Source: Amoebophrya sp. A120
Lineage: Eukaryota; Protista; Dinoflagellata
DNA length: 64,000 nucleotides
Direction of reading: 5' to 3'
Assembly: GCA_905178155.1 (NCBI GenBank)
Contig: CAJINV010000016.1
Coordinates: 1,331,386-1,395,385 of the forward strand
Positions 1 to 12,708 of the stretch are shown piece by piece (the stretch's first letter is position 1; each line of letters begins with the position of its first letter). The position numbers and the translations under genes are program-made. Below the pieces are notes generated by a model. The model ran no database searches and was not told the DNA's origin. It saw only the letters and a program-made list of their open reading frames with translations.

Positions 1-807
1 CTCGTCTCCGAAAAGTAGTAGCGGTCAGGCGCCTTTGGACCACGGGACTTCTACTGCTTCAGGTTCGTTATATCTGCAGGTGCGATGCCCTCAATGCATC
101 ATCATGTCGCCTGGTGACCAGAGCACCATCAGCATCTCCGACGGCACTACACAATGGTCGTCGACGTGTGGTAGTTTTCGTGTCTATTACAAATATCACT
201 GTACCAAGATCTGCTTCTGCTGATCCATGCCTCTGCCCACTCTTACGCTCCCGAGGTGTGATCGTGAAGAAAGAAAGTGAAAACAGATGAGGAATAAAGC
301 TGCTTCTCCGCTCTTCCACTTAATAATAATAGTCTCTCTGTCGAAGCGAATGCCTGCTCTTGATATGAAAAAAAAGGGCTGCGTTGCTCTTGTCTCCCGT
401 CGAAGGGGCTGTGTAAACAAATGGCACCGAAGATGACCCACGAAGAGTGGCCCATCAAAGGCAGCACGACTTGCCAAGAAGCAAGACCGGTGGAAAACCT
501 CGGCACATCAAGGCTGGCTGCAAAAGCAGGAGGTCGTGGTCCTCCTGTTGAGCGATAGTTTATACGTTTTCGTCAGTAGTTCTTCCCGTTGCACTACCAT
601 TCTTGAAACATAGATCTGATGAACTTCCCGCGTTCAGACAATATCCTACAAGTTGAAAAACCAAATAAAAAATCGTCTTCGCTTTACGTTTGGTAAAAGC
701 CTTATTTGCGTAGTTTCATTTTCCGTCGTTCTTCGAACTCCAACTTCCAACAGTCGCCGCACTACGGAGTAGACTCCCAATGAAATAACTGATCTCCCTC
801 CTATCCT

Positions 808-3800
808 CTATCTCGCCACCAGATTCATGAACGCGTCGTGGTTACTCGCCGGGGGCAGCTCCACCAGCGGGTCGTGCTTTGCGTAGTAGGTTTTCAAGAT
901 GGCCGAAGATATGCATTGCAAAAGTTAGTATCAAGGCTTGCACTAATACTAATTGCAGCACAGCATGACGAATCTGAATCTCGCTGCTCAGCTCATGCAG
1001 CATTACAAGTGTCTCATTCTTCCTCCTGGAGATGAAACTTGTGATGCTATTCCGACTAGTACGATACTTTTGCAATGCATAGACCCGATAAACTCCCCAT
1101 TTTTCGACGGATCGGTCACAGTCAGCTCGTACCGATGCGGGATATCCTCCAGAGGGGGGCAAAACGTGCCGAAATCCATCTTACTTCCCCCGACGGGTTG
1201 TTGGAAGGGGGTGAGCAACTTCGTGTTCCGCAGGTTGTAATCTGCGTCCCACAATACCTCGTTACCCTCTGACAAATCTTCCAAATGCACGTGGATCATG
1301 TCCCGGCGGTCTTTCAGTTCGAGCAACGGGTGCTGTGCGCGTACCACGTTCCCCTTCGTGCTCGCACCGAACAACTTCTGTTGCATCTCGGTGATCCCTT
1401 GTTGTCCGGGAATATTTGTCGTCCTGGAGGACCCTTGTGACCCAGAAACCACGGGCATAGACCGCCGGAGCTTCCCGCAGGCGAAAAGGTCGGGGTTGTT
1501 GATGTCGGTGTGGGTGATTTGGTCTGATTGGTAATCCGTCATGATCTGCATGTCTGTCTCTTTCACGCCCAAACTGCTCGAAGGTTCCTTCGCCAATTGC
1601 CGCATGGAAAACAGAAAAATCGCCGTGAGGAAGGTCCGGAGTAAATCCGGCAGCCAGAGCTTGGGCAGCCCGGGGAGCTCGGGCAGCATCGGGGGAAAGG
1701 TCAGCGGGAAAGGCCAGGGAGGGCAGAGCTGTTGCGGTGTCGTGTTTTTGGAATTTATGTAGCTACAGGAAGTATAACGCATCGCAAAGTAGGTCGTGTG
1801 TAGCTTAAGTTTTTTCTGTGCGTGACCTAGGCTAAGCATGTAGGCCAGATTGGGTTATGAAGTCGTCTGTCTAAAATTTATGAGACAAATTACTTGATTA
1901 ATTCAATTTCGATTCAAAAATCAGCTTTTGCATTTTGAAAGAGGCCAGTATAGCCTCAAAAAGGTGACGCAAAAACGGCGCCCATTCCAGCACTGCGACG
2001 CGGCGGCACAGGTTGCCTCTTTTTGGAATGTGTTTTGGTGATCTAAAATAGGCTCCAATGTGAGCTAGCTAGATAAGGAGTAGGGTACTTAGGAAGGCGG
2101 CTGGAGACCGCTACGATGGTGGCGCTTTGCCATCGCGGAACCACGGCTGGAGGCGGCATTTGGCGACCCCTTCTGGCTGACGTAGTGCTGCCCCCAAAAA
2201 GGTGACGCAGAAACGACGCCCGTTCCAGCACTGCGACGCAGCGATACAGGTTGCCTCTTTTTGGAATGTGTTTCCTTCGGTGCTCTAAAATAGACTCCAA
2301 TGTGAACCAGCTAGATAAGGAGTGAGGTAGGAAATTAGCGTAATGCTGCCGGGGCCCCGTCCGGGGCTCCGGCAGCATTACGCCAGCCAGAAGGGGTGGC
2401 CCAATGCCGCTTCCAGCCGTGGCCCTACGATGGGAAAGCGCCACCACCATAGCGGTCTAAAGCCACCTTCCTACCTTACTCCTTATCTACTAGCTAGTTC
2501 ACATTGGAGCCTATCTTGGTTCACATTCATTGGATCCACGACGGTATTCTTAATCTTCCACGGTACCATGCGGATTAGCAATCTGCGACCCCCCCGAGAG
2601 GGGTCTCCAGAAAGGGCCCCCTGCTTTGCTTTCGCCGATGCTATGCTGTAGAAAAGAGGGGGGTTTTTTTGGCGTCTTCCTGGAGAGGTTTCGGCCACCT
2701 CTTGAATCGTTAATCTGAGTTTCTCAATAGAGCTCCATGCGACTGCATGCTACGATGGACTTTCCATCACAAAAAGAGGCAATTTTACTTCAGAGCTCCG
2801 TCAACACGCTACCAAGATGTCAGGGCCCCGCCCGGGGCCCCGGCAGCATTGCCATTACGTCAGCCATAAGGCGCCAAATGCGGGCAGTTTAACGGCGGCA
2901 GCAGTGGGCAGGCCTGGCTCTCTTCCGCGGAGCCTTCAGGAGCCTCATTGAAGCATCGCCTGAACTAGTTCAGATTGGAGCCTGAGCTAGTTCTCCACTT
3001 CCGACATCGCATCTTATCAGATTCCCCGGATCTTCATCTGCGACGGCGAAGCAACATTGCAAAAAGGATGCGAATCGAAATGAAAAGCAGGCTTACGTCA
3101 GCCACAAGGCACCAAATGCGGGCAGTACAACGGCGGTAGCAGTGAGCAGGATGGCAGTCTTCCGCGGAGCCTCTTAAGGAGTCTCATTAAAGCACTACCT
3201 TAACTAGTTCACATTGGGGCCCTGACTGGTTCATCACTGTCAACGTCAAATCTTACCAGGCGGCCCGGACCTTCAGCTGCGGCGACGAAACAACATTGGA
3301 AAAAGGACGCAAATCTGAATGAAAAGCAGCCCATTTGAAAATTGCAAAGCTGATTTTTGAATCGTTTTTGAATTAATCAAGTAATTTGTCTCATAAAATT
3401 GGTGTTTGATTATAATCTTAATGTCAGAAACAGAAGAACATGAAGAGACAACGCAACAGGGTGGAGAGTAGGACAACACTTCAGCCCGTAACGTCCACAT
3501 GAGACAGACCACGCTGAAGTCGTCTGTCTAAAAACAAAAGAACGCTCGCTAGGCATAAGTACCTCCGGCACCGCGTCACAGAGTCCCGGTATGTGAATCC
3601 CGGGGATAGATGGCAAGCTGATTCCCGGCAACTATCACGGGAAAAAGTGTTAATGTTAACGGAATTTGTCATGCAGTAACGCATCGCAAAACGTGCCCAA
3701 ATTTGTCATGCATAGTATACATTCTAGGCACAATTTGTCATGCGTATTTGCAGTCTATGAAAACCGTTAACGTTAACACTTTTTCGTTTGATAGCAGCCC

Positions 3801-4445
3801 TGGAATCGCAATGGTCAGTGCCGGCATCTTCACCTCCGGCATGGGTGGCGCCCGTATTTCCGGCATAATCGGCACGAACGGGGGCTCTATTGCCGGGGGA
3901 GAGGGGAGTGCTCCGAGATCCGGCAAGGCTGGAACCTCCACCGCCGGGGGGTAAATCGCCGGTGGCTGCGCCACGGCTAGCGCCACATCTGCAGCCATCA
4001 CCCCGCCGACACCAGCACCGATGCCCTTACCGACTTTCTTCCCCGTTACGAAAGAGGTGGCGATAAACAACGAGGAGTGACTGGACGACGAGATCGTCCT
4101 CGTGTTGTTACCCGGTGCCCTCGGTGTAAACGAGTCAGCATGTTGTACATGTTCGCTCAGCTGCACGACCGCACTGCCTTCATGTGCAACTGAAGACAGA
4201 AACGAGCTACTCGTCCTGCGCACCCGATGCAGAAGGTCCGCACAGGCTTGGTGCCATGGTGCGAGGACTACATTACTGCTCGTCATGTTAGTACCGGCGC
4301 AAGAAGAAGAACTACAACTACCTCGGGGCCGCTGCACACGGTGCCGTGCGAAGACTGCTTGGTGACCTTCACTGTAGGCTTCAGATGGCACCACCAGCGG
4401 ATCGCTCACTTCGCCGACACTCGAGAGAAGGGAGGAGAGACGCAT
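808..4445 (-). CDS. Pro-rich protein with degenerate C-terminal PEBP/YbhB-like domain; 3 introns (3633-3793 TIR, 1729-3562 GT-AG, 910-1081 TIR)
   Basis: ORFs 3738-4511, 3410-3631 and 1003-1839 join in frame (IPGL|PGISLP; VPE|LCPPWP; GEFIGS|AILKTYYAK). The C-terminal FCPPLEDIPHRYELTV resembles the PEBP CPP..HRY motif. Start codon uncertain (ATG 4445 used). Confidence 0.55.
910..1081. mobile_element. TIR introner, family B (TATGCATTGCAAAAG...CTTTTGCAATGCATA), degenerate TSD gaaga/gaccc
   Basis: Terminal inverted repeat visible; removing it plus 5 nt restores the frame to the stop at 808. Confidence 0.8.
1729..3562 (-). other. Canonical GT-AG intron hosting a 1.5-kb TIR element
   Basis: Donor GAG|GTACTT at 3562, acceptor CAACAG|CTC at 1729; the join continues the Pro-rich frame. 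Confidence 0.65.
1879..3395. mobile_element. Long non-autonomous TIR element (~60-70 bp TIR starting TATGAGACAAATTACTTGATTAATTCAA), TSD aaatt
   Basis: The two ends are reverse complements; aaatt at 1874-1878 and 3396-3400. Interior made of direct duplications (~1957-2100 vs ~2196-2340; ~2865-3075 vs ~3095-3330) and an inverted copy (~2045-2160 vs ~2395-2515). No transposase ORF. Confidence 0.9.
3633..3793. mobile_element. TIR introner, family F (TATCACGGGAAAAAGTGTTAA...), TSD gcaac/gcagc
   Basis: TIR plus 4/5 direct repeat; removal restores GLPGISLP. Confidence 0.85.
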
Positions 4446-4956
4446 TTTTGGACAAGCGCGACGGCGCTTCCGAACTATTGTATCTACTGTCGTGACGAGA
4501 AGTAAGGTCACATAAAAAGGTTGCTCCTTTCATTGTTCTTGGGCGGAGCTGTTCAAAATCCAAGCTGGCTTGACGTTTTCGACGTAAGTTCGATAGGGCT
4601 CAGCAAGGTGAACAGCTCTGCGTCCTCTGCCTCTCAATACCAAGCGAAGTCGGGCACCCTTTTAGCAGGAGTTGTAGCTCTCTCATCCACATCTACAACA
4701 CGACTCACCGAGCAAAAACAAGGATCAACTCGAAGAAAGGGTCGATGGGGTACCGTGATTATCGCAAAACAAAACTATGGCCTAGATCAAGAACGACTAC
4801 GACAATAGGAACAACAAGGAAAAACGATAATGTGCGACAGGCGTGTTTGGCGCAACGACCACGAACTCGTGCCCGTTCGGGAAAGAAAAGATGAATTCGG
4901 GTAGTTGTCGTGGAGCGGGGAAAGATTGATTTTCATACTGCTCTTCATCATCATGC

Positions 4957-7900
4957 CTATGCCAGCAAGGCTTGCACTTCCGTGTCCTCCATGAGATCGA
5001 TGTTGCACAAGTCGTAACTTGGGCTCTGCGGATGCAAACGCACCACGTACATCTCGGTCACTTTCACATTGTCGTAGTTTTTCTCCAAAATGTATCGATA
5101 AATGTTCAATTGGTTGCGGTAAATCTGCTTTTTCACCTGCTTCGTCCGTTTCCAATCGATAAGAATGACTTCTTGCTTCTTATTCGCTGTGGTAATGGAA
5201 CCAACACTGTCTGATGTTGTTGCAACGCTGTCCCTTGGCTCTTTCTCACTGGACGTAGTGCTTGGCTCCTCGTCTGCAGCGGGAGGACTCACAGTGTCGG
5301 TTGCATTCCCATTTTGCGCTGCAACAGAGGGGCGTTTTGTTGAGCTTGGCTCCTGATCTTGCTGCTCCTCTTCTGTCGTGTCGAAGAAATCTTCTGGCCG
5401 TGGTGTTGCCTCGCCTTTGGCAGTGGGAGTTGTTTTGTTTTTACCAGCGGCATCTAGAACTTGCTGCTGCTCAGATGGATCCTCGGTCTCCGAGGCAGAA
5501 GCGGTCGATCCCTTCCTTCGCGACGTTGTCGCCGCTCCCGAACCGGCCTTTGCCTTGCTAGTTGCTCTACTTGTTTTCGACGCAGTTGTAACAGCAGACG
5601 AGTTCATCTTCTTCGTCACCGCCGGCACGACCGGTTGACTCGCTTGACCAACAAACCGATCCGCAATGACGACAAAATCAATGGTCCCCGCGATGCCCAG
5701 GTCCGCGTCGAAGATTCTCCATTCGGTGCGGTAGGGTTTCCACTTCCGCGTCTCCATCACGTCTTTGAGGAAAGCGAGGAAGTAGGTGCGCTCGATAAAC
5801 TCCTCCGGCATTTTGGAGAGGTGCTGTGGTTGCTGAGTGGATGAGGAGGATGATGATGCCGGCTTTACTGCTGCTGTCATCGTGTTCATCTCTTTCGCGC
5901 CCTGCAGCTCCGATGCTTGCCCACCTCTCTCCTTTGGTTCAAAGCCGGCAACGCTAGTGTCAAATCTGGGCTGTGCGCTAGTCGGAGGAGGTTGGAAACC
6001 GAATGATCCGTTCGTGGAAGTAGAAGCTGGCTCCGGGGGTGCTTCAAACCCCATAGGATACGCCGACGAGGAGCCACTGCTGCTTCCAAAAGGCGGCACT
6101 GCTGCAAAAGTCCCGAACGCCTGCGTCCCGAATGAGGAGGGGCGGGAGGAGGCAGACGCAATGGAGGTTGTGACGGAAAAGGGAGTGGAAATGAACTGCG
6201 ACGTCGAGGCTGGAGCAAGCGGCTTCACTGGAACAGGCGAGGGAGCTCCACCCGCAGGTGCTCCTGTATTTGCTACAGCAGCAGGCGAGCAAGACGCTGA
6301 TACTTGTTCCGCTTGTTGTTCCTTCTTCTTCGCACAAGAACTACTCCCTCCTTCCAGCTGAATACTCGTGCTCAGCTGCCGTTGGAGAAATCGTTCAAGA
6401 CAGCTTAGACGGTTTTCGAAATTTTCAACAGAATTTTTTTTTAAGCCCCCGATGGGCATTTCGAACAGCCATAGGCGACAAGGGCCGCGCCTCTAGCTCC
6501 TGCGGAGTCTCAACGCAGCTGGGCCGGCAGCACTTCGCTAGTGCAAATAGTGAGAGCTCGCGGAGTAGGCGGCGCTGGGTTGCGACCTATTATCGCACCT
6601 TTTTCGCGGCGGTGCCTGTGTTCTTTCCGCGTTAGCCTCTTTGCAACTCCTCCGCGCCTTCCCCTTCTGCCTTCTCAGCCGCTGCCATCCGGGCGCCCTC
6701 CGCCCCGCCGGGCAGGTGGTGGACCCATGGCGCCCGGCAGCCAGTGTCTGGGCCGAGGCTCTTTTGTCCACACGTTCACCACCCCAACAAAGCGCCACCG
6801 CTGCCGACATGAGCGATCGGCCAGCCTAGAGCAGGCTAAAACGTCCATGCCATGCAGTCTAGATGTCATGTAGACGGTTTTTGGGGGTCTGGCCCAGATC
6901 GGAGGAAAATCTTGCTCATCTGGCATCATTTTGAGCCCAAAAAGTTGGCATCTTCCAAAAACCGTCTACATCGCATTTAGACTGCATGCTATGGTGGGTT
7001 CAGACGGTCCAAAACGGGGTCCCCGAGGTGGGAACCGTTTTGGATCGGCCAAATCGATCAAGCCGTGCAGATTAAATGCGATGTAGACGGTTTTTCTGTG
7101 GTATTTGCATGGTTTTGCCCACTTTTTCACCGTCTACATCGACCATAGCATGCGGGCTAGATGCATTGTAGACGGTTTTTGGGGCACCTCCAAAATTTGG
7201 CCTCAAGGTCAGGCGGGCCATCTTACGCAGATCTTGGCGCCCCTGTGCAATAGCGAGAGAACAGCTTGCATTGGCTAGCCCAGGCGCGTGCAGCTACTCT
7301 GGGACCCCATACAGCATCGCAGCATGGTGACCGTTTCACACGCTGCCCGTGATCTACTTCGGAGGACTTAAAATTTTTTTTTGTTGCAAAATTTCAAAAC
7401 CGTCTACGGCTACACTTTTTCTTGTGATATCCCTCCTTCCAGCTGAATACTCGTGCTCAGCTGCCGCTGGAGAAAGGAGTCTTCCAAATACCCCTTCCGG
7501 TTCAGAAACAGCTCGATGTCGCGGTGAAGCTCGGTGCCCAGGTCCCTCGCAAAGTCCCAGGTCTTCAGGATTTCCTCTTTGGTCTTCTGGTAGTATTCGT
7601 AACTCGGGTCGTTCGCCCAACGGTCGGACTTGATGATCTGTGATGTGGAGTTTGTATTGCGAGATCGCTCTACAGAACAAAATTTGTCATGCTCGTGCAC
7701 GCGGCCATCGCCATGAAATGCGAAAGGCAGCACCTGTTCTTCACCAAACTGTATGCAAATGTAGCAGACTTTTTAATACCTTGCTCGCAATCATGTTTCC
7801 GTTAAACCCCGGCCCCGAGTCGCAACAGGCTGTGACGGACCGGAATCCGCCACCAGCTTTACCCGTAAGAGCTGCATTTCCACCATTTGCCAACGAGTAC

Positions 7901-8340
7901 TTATGTTCCTTCTCGTCGAAGTTTAGCAATTTGTCCCGTTCGTGGGCGTTTTTTACCGCCAAATAGTTGTCCGACGCATCGTCGAAGACTAATTCCTTGG
8001 ATTTTTCCAACTCTGCTATCGGCAACACCGCGAAACCATTCCTGTTCGCTAGTTTCTCGAGTGCTTGCTCGAAGTTTTGTTTGGATTTTTCCAGATCAGG
8101 GGAAAAATCGTGCTGATTATTCGGCTTCACTTGCTGCAGAAAAGCCTCGATGCACGCTATGCGGTTGATCAGGTCGAAGCTGAAATCGGCATCTTGTTCC
8201 GTTGGATCGGCAGCTAGGGTAGTGTAATTCGTGTTGCAGAAACTCCCGCTCTGTGGAAGCGCACCAGAGGAAGAAGACCGGGATTTGGTGCTATTGCGCT
8301 GTTGCGCGACAAGCAAACTTTGCAGCATGGAAGAGGACAT
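4957..8340 (-). CDS. PD-(D/E)XK superfamily nuclease with long low-complexity insertions; introns 7638-7779 (GT-AG) and ~6345-7429 (TIR element plus one repeat copy)
   Basis: Motifs FDEKEHKY..SVT, GTELHRDIE, PYRTEWRIFDADLGIAGTIDFV, ILIDWKRTK and QLNIYRYILEKNY; exons join in frame (ASK|IIKSD; EGG|SSSCA). Confidence 0.75.
6391..7429. mobile_element. ~1-kb GC-rich TIR element acting as an intron; left end degenerate; flanked by a 46-bp direct repeat
   Basis: Right end ...TTTTTCTTGTGATA; inverted arms share TAGACGGTTTT(C)GAAATTTT; repeat tccctccttccagctgaatactcgtgctcagctgccgYtggagaaa at 6345-6390 and 7430-7475. Confidence 0.85.
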
Positions 8341-9049
8341 GTCGGCCAAGACCTTGAAAATGCCGTCTCACTTTACATGGAAGCCGCTAATCAAATGGAA
8401 CGAATACAAGGAGGAGGATAATCACAGTTATACATCTCTGACTCTCACATATTTTAATTTTTTTCTGGTGACACCTCCTGAAAAAATAGTCACGCAGCGG
8501 ATGAAGCGGCGCGCCGTATAAGTAGTTGTGAGCATACCAGGGGACGACTTTGTGGTCCTGCTTTCGAATTTTTGAAAGAAAATGGACGAAAAGGATAATG
8601 AGCCAAGGCGAACCTACCATGAATCTCAGCATGGACAAAGAACTAAAAGAACTGATTCATCAGATTCTGTTTCTTACTCACTTTTGCATTGCTCGAACTG
8701 TTGACGTATTGTCGGAAGCACCGTGAAGATACAAACATAAGGATAAAGGAAATCCGCTCTCAGAACGGCTTCCTGGTGGGGTAATAGGGGGGCCTCTGAC
8801 GGATGCATATTGCCCTGAACCTCTCTGCCATTCACCTCCACAGCGACGTCTTCTGGAGGTTTAAGTTACAACCCGCACTTCTCACGTCGCCGAACAGACA
8901 ATCACCACCACGACCAAAACCTGCAAGGCTTCCTCGACGGCCAAAACTGCCACCTGCCTTCTTGCTCTTCCACCAGGCCGAGCAGAGTAAGTAAGTCGAC
9001 TGTCGCCAATGCATCGCCAGCCTCATTCCACCATCGGCCTTCGTCTTTT

Positions 9050-9880
9050 GCGCATCCCCAGCACCATGGCAACCACGCCCGCGCCCACGTCCGCGTGAGC
9101 GGCCACGCCGGGCAGCAATCAATGCAAAGGCAGGAGGCGAAGAGCGCGGCACCCCCTGCCCGGCGCGCGCCTTCCTTGGCCCCACGGCTTGCGGGTACAC
9201 GTACATACCTCGCGCCCACCTGTCTTTGGCCCACGCGCCCCCGCCCCGGCCGGTGCGCAAAATTCGGAGCAAGAGCGGCGGGCGCCATCGTGCCATCAGG
9301 CAATGATCGGTCGCCCCGGAGAAGGTTGGGACGGGAACGGGGGCGAGGCGCCCGCTGGTGGCCAGAAGCCGCGCCGCGGGTAGTTGTTTCGTTGACAAAC
9401 CACGCGGCCGGCCCGACTCAGACAGGCAGCCGGAAGCGCGCAGGCGCAAACATCGACACACAGCGGGCCGGGAACGAGCGAAGAAGACAGAACGAAGCGG
9501 CGCCGGGCGGCATCGTCGGGCGCTGTCTTTTTCTCGCGCAGCTCCGGGGCGTCGCCGTTTCTTTGGGCCCTCGCTGCATCATCTGCCCAGGGTCCGCCAG
9601 CATGAGCAAGCGCGCGGCGCGGGGCAACCCAGCGCACGGGATCGGTGGACGAAGCCGAAGGGGCGGCCCCCTATGCGAAGGGGCCCACGAAAAACGCCAG
9701 GCCTTTGCTTTCCCTTGTTTCTCTCCTTCGTCCACGCACATCTTCACCTGCGCGGGCGAAAACAAACACGCTCGCGCGCACCGGAGGCATCCGCTGGCAA
9801 GCGGTTCCTACTGGGTTGGTGACGCGCAAAACGCTACGGCCGGGCCCTGCAATACCAACCTGGACAAAAAGAGAGACGGG
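9050..9880. repeat. GC-rich non-coding block resembling the cores of the long TIR elements; termini not found
   Basis: Abrupt shift to very GC-rich sequence with Arg/Ala/Gly/Pro ORFs in all frames, similar in character to 34760-35900 and 37250-38450. Confidence 0.35.
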
Positions 9881-11431
9881 ACGCGCCACCACACATCAAA
9901 TTGAAACTATCGAGGAGAAATTGCAGCTCAGCCTGCTCCCTACTATTTCTCCAAGAGCAAACGCAACCACTCAAGCTCTTCCTGACGGAAAATCTCTTAC
10001 CACAAGAATCTCTCCACTTCTCGTGCCTGAGGTCCTCCGCACTTAAACACCAAGAAAGAGAGTTCATCATGCTGGAGGTTGTGGTATTAATTTCACTTCT
10101 CCTTCTCGTTCTCCGTCGCTCTGCACAAGAAGGGTGGAGCTGAGCACGACTGTCCAAATCAAACACACGACATCATGGAATTTCATCCGGCGCAGCTCCA
10201 GGTGCAGCTAGTGTCACTACCACGACACCGGCAGCTGCGTGCACCTCCCACCTCGGTAGTAGAAGTAGTCTACTTTTTATTTCATTTTTCTCGCCAGTTG
10301 CTAATGGGGCGTAGCAACAACACACATAAAAATATCAAGGAGTCCAGAATTCTGAGTCCTGAGGTGTTTTATTTGTAGTTGTTCACTTATTTGTAGTTGT
10401 GCTCTCGCTCTCAAAATCATGTGGATCATGAGGAAGGCACCACTTCTACTATGATGGCACCACTTCTCCTGGAACTTCTAATTGTAATTTGATGGTGGTT
10501 GCCATACCATCATGATCATGGGCTGCGGCACGCACCGCATTATTGCGTAGGCGTAGCATAGTGTTCGTTTTCTAGAACGTACAAGACCTGAGTCCTTGTC
10601 TATGTATACCTAGAGTTGTGTTTGTGCAAAAAAAAGTATTTACTTTGTGGTTTTGCTACAGCATCAACTTTTGAGTTTCTGAAAAATGAGCTTGTGCTTG
10701 GAGCATCCTCCTCCGTCTCGCATTGTTGTCACATGGTACTCCTAAAACCCCAGGATCAGAATCATAAGGTTGGTAGATAAGGTATGTGAATTTCTAGGTT
10801 GTTCTACTCTTTTGTACGAGTCAGCATGGTTTTACCGCAAATAATTGCACAGAGCTGGTGAACCGTAAGCAGCTACAATACGTCACCCGCATCGTGCGCT
10901 ACCGGCTCCAGTCCGTTTTGTCCTGCGGAAAACTACTAGACGCTGAAAATAGAGGGTTAAAAATCTCGACGGAGTTTCTTTGTTCGCCCGTTTGTCTAAC
11001 GGTTAGCGATACAGCTATGTGCAGGAGCAGGTGATCCTTGGAAAAAAAAAAGTTTCCTCGGCTCTCTGCATCAGGTCGAGTCACTAAGTTTCTTCCAAAG
11101 TAACTATACCTGTTGAAGATCTATCTATCCTTAGGGGTACTAAGGTCCACCACTTCGATGAATCTCCACGACTTGCTGGATAAAGCATTCCTGACGTCGC
11201 ACTCGAAGATGAAGTGCAACTACAGAAAAACCAACAACAAGACATCAAAAGAGGAGAAAGAACTATAAATATCGCTATGGTATCAAGGGTAGGGACTTCA
11301 GTACTATACTTTTTTTTTGTCTTGCATCGACCCCGATGAAAACAAAAAATCCTGCGCCAAAAAATCTTGTGCAGCACAAAAGCAAGAAAGGCTGTCCTTT
11401 CTCGCACCAAAAGAGCTATTAGGCGGAGTTA

Positions 11432-11737
11432 TATGGATGTGTCAGGATCGAAATCGACAAAGTCGAAAAATTTGTGATGCATAAAATGTAGGGCACTGCA
11501 GGCCTGTATTGGGGAGCAGGCAAATGAGACCGATTGTAAGCCTGCTTAGGGGTATGCAATGTGCTGCCAGAGTAGCATGGCGGGAGCAGTCGTCTTTGCC
11601 CAAACAGCGTGACAGACTGGATTTGGGTTCTCCCGAAATTTGTCATGCGCCGCTTGCAAACTGAGGCTCAAACTGGTATCGATTTTATGCATCGCAAGTT
11701 TTTCGATTTTGTCAATTTCGATTCTGACGCCTCCATA
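11432..11737. mobile_element. TIR element, family E (TATGGA..GTCAGGATCGAAAT.GACAAA), TSD agtta
   Basis: Perfect 5-bp direct repeat; inverted homolog of 13336-13644. Confidence 0.92.
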
Positions 11738-11775
11738 AGTTATGCTGGGTGCATAAATTGGACTATGACCCGTAT

Positions 11776-12037
11776 TATCAAATGTAAAAATGTCTGGGTC
11801 TGGACGATTGCAATTTGTCATGCTAAATCTGCAGCATGCAAAAATCTGTGTTGCATGATTACCAAAAGTCGTCCAGTTTTGACCAACTCGGGAGGGAGTT
11901 TCTCATGCAGAATAGGCATGAGAAAGGTCCCGCAGAATCTGTCATGCTAGGTCCTGCATTCCAAACCTCACGGGTCATGGAAAAGCAGCATGACAAGTCG
12001 CGCATTCTTCCAGACCCAGACATTTTTGCATTTGATA
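11776..12037. mobile_element. TIR element, family A (TATCAAATGYAAAAATGTCTGGGTCTGG), TSD cgtat
   Basis: ~28-bp TIR and perfect 5-bp direct repeat. Confidence 0.92.
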
Positions 12038-12708
12038 CGTATACCACAAGCTCCTGCGGAAAAAAGAGAGCCTCAAGTGATCGCACTGACAAGAAGATGT
12101 TGTGCCGAATATGCATATAACTGGGATGAATTCGGTACGAAAGAACATGCTTGTATTGTTCCTCATCGTGATTGAGCTATTCATACGTTTACGAGGATCT
12201 TCACGAGTTGATCTTCCTTCTCAACATAAATCCCCGGAATGTGCCTTAAACAAAGTCATTAGTTTGTGTGTTGTGATGTCACGCCCTGCTGCTCTACGGA
12301 TAAATAAATAATAGTCGCGCGACTGTTTTTTGTAAATATAAGAAAATCGATGTGGTCTTAATCTTAGCGGTACAACAGAGAAAGTAAATTTGGTTGACAT
12401 CATTGACCACCACAGAGTATGTGTATGTTAGTCACAACACTGCGGTCGACATCTGATGCTGTTGCCGCGCCCCCCTGTAATTTTTTTGAAGGAGGTACAG
12501 CATTTTGTCTGCAGAAGCAAACCAGTGAACGCGTAGAACAGCCTGTTGCGAAGCATTCAGCCGAACTGCGAATTCACCGCGACGACCTCTTTACTGTACA
12601 ACTATCTAGGTACCCAAATTCATCTAAAGCTGCGTCATTATTTGAAGATCATGCCTTGTCATACTATTACAGAGCCTCGAGTTCCACTACTGACTTGTAA
12701 ACTAAAAC

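Noticed and set aside
7190-7210. tttggcctcaag as a dinoflagellate spliced-leader relic
   Set aside because: Short imperfect match inside a mobile element, on the wrong strand for the genes.
8832-9904. ORFs 9095-9904 (+) and 8832-9461 (-) as genes
   Set aside because: Same GC-driven pattern; no motifs or coding-like composition.
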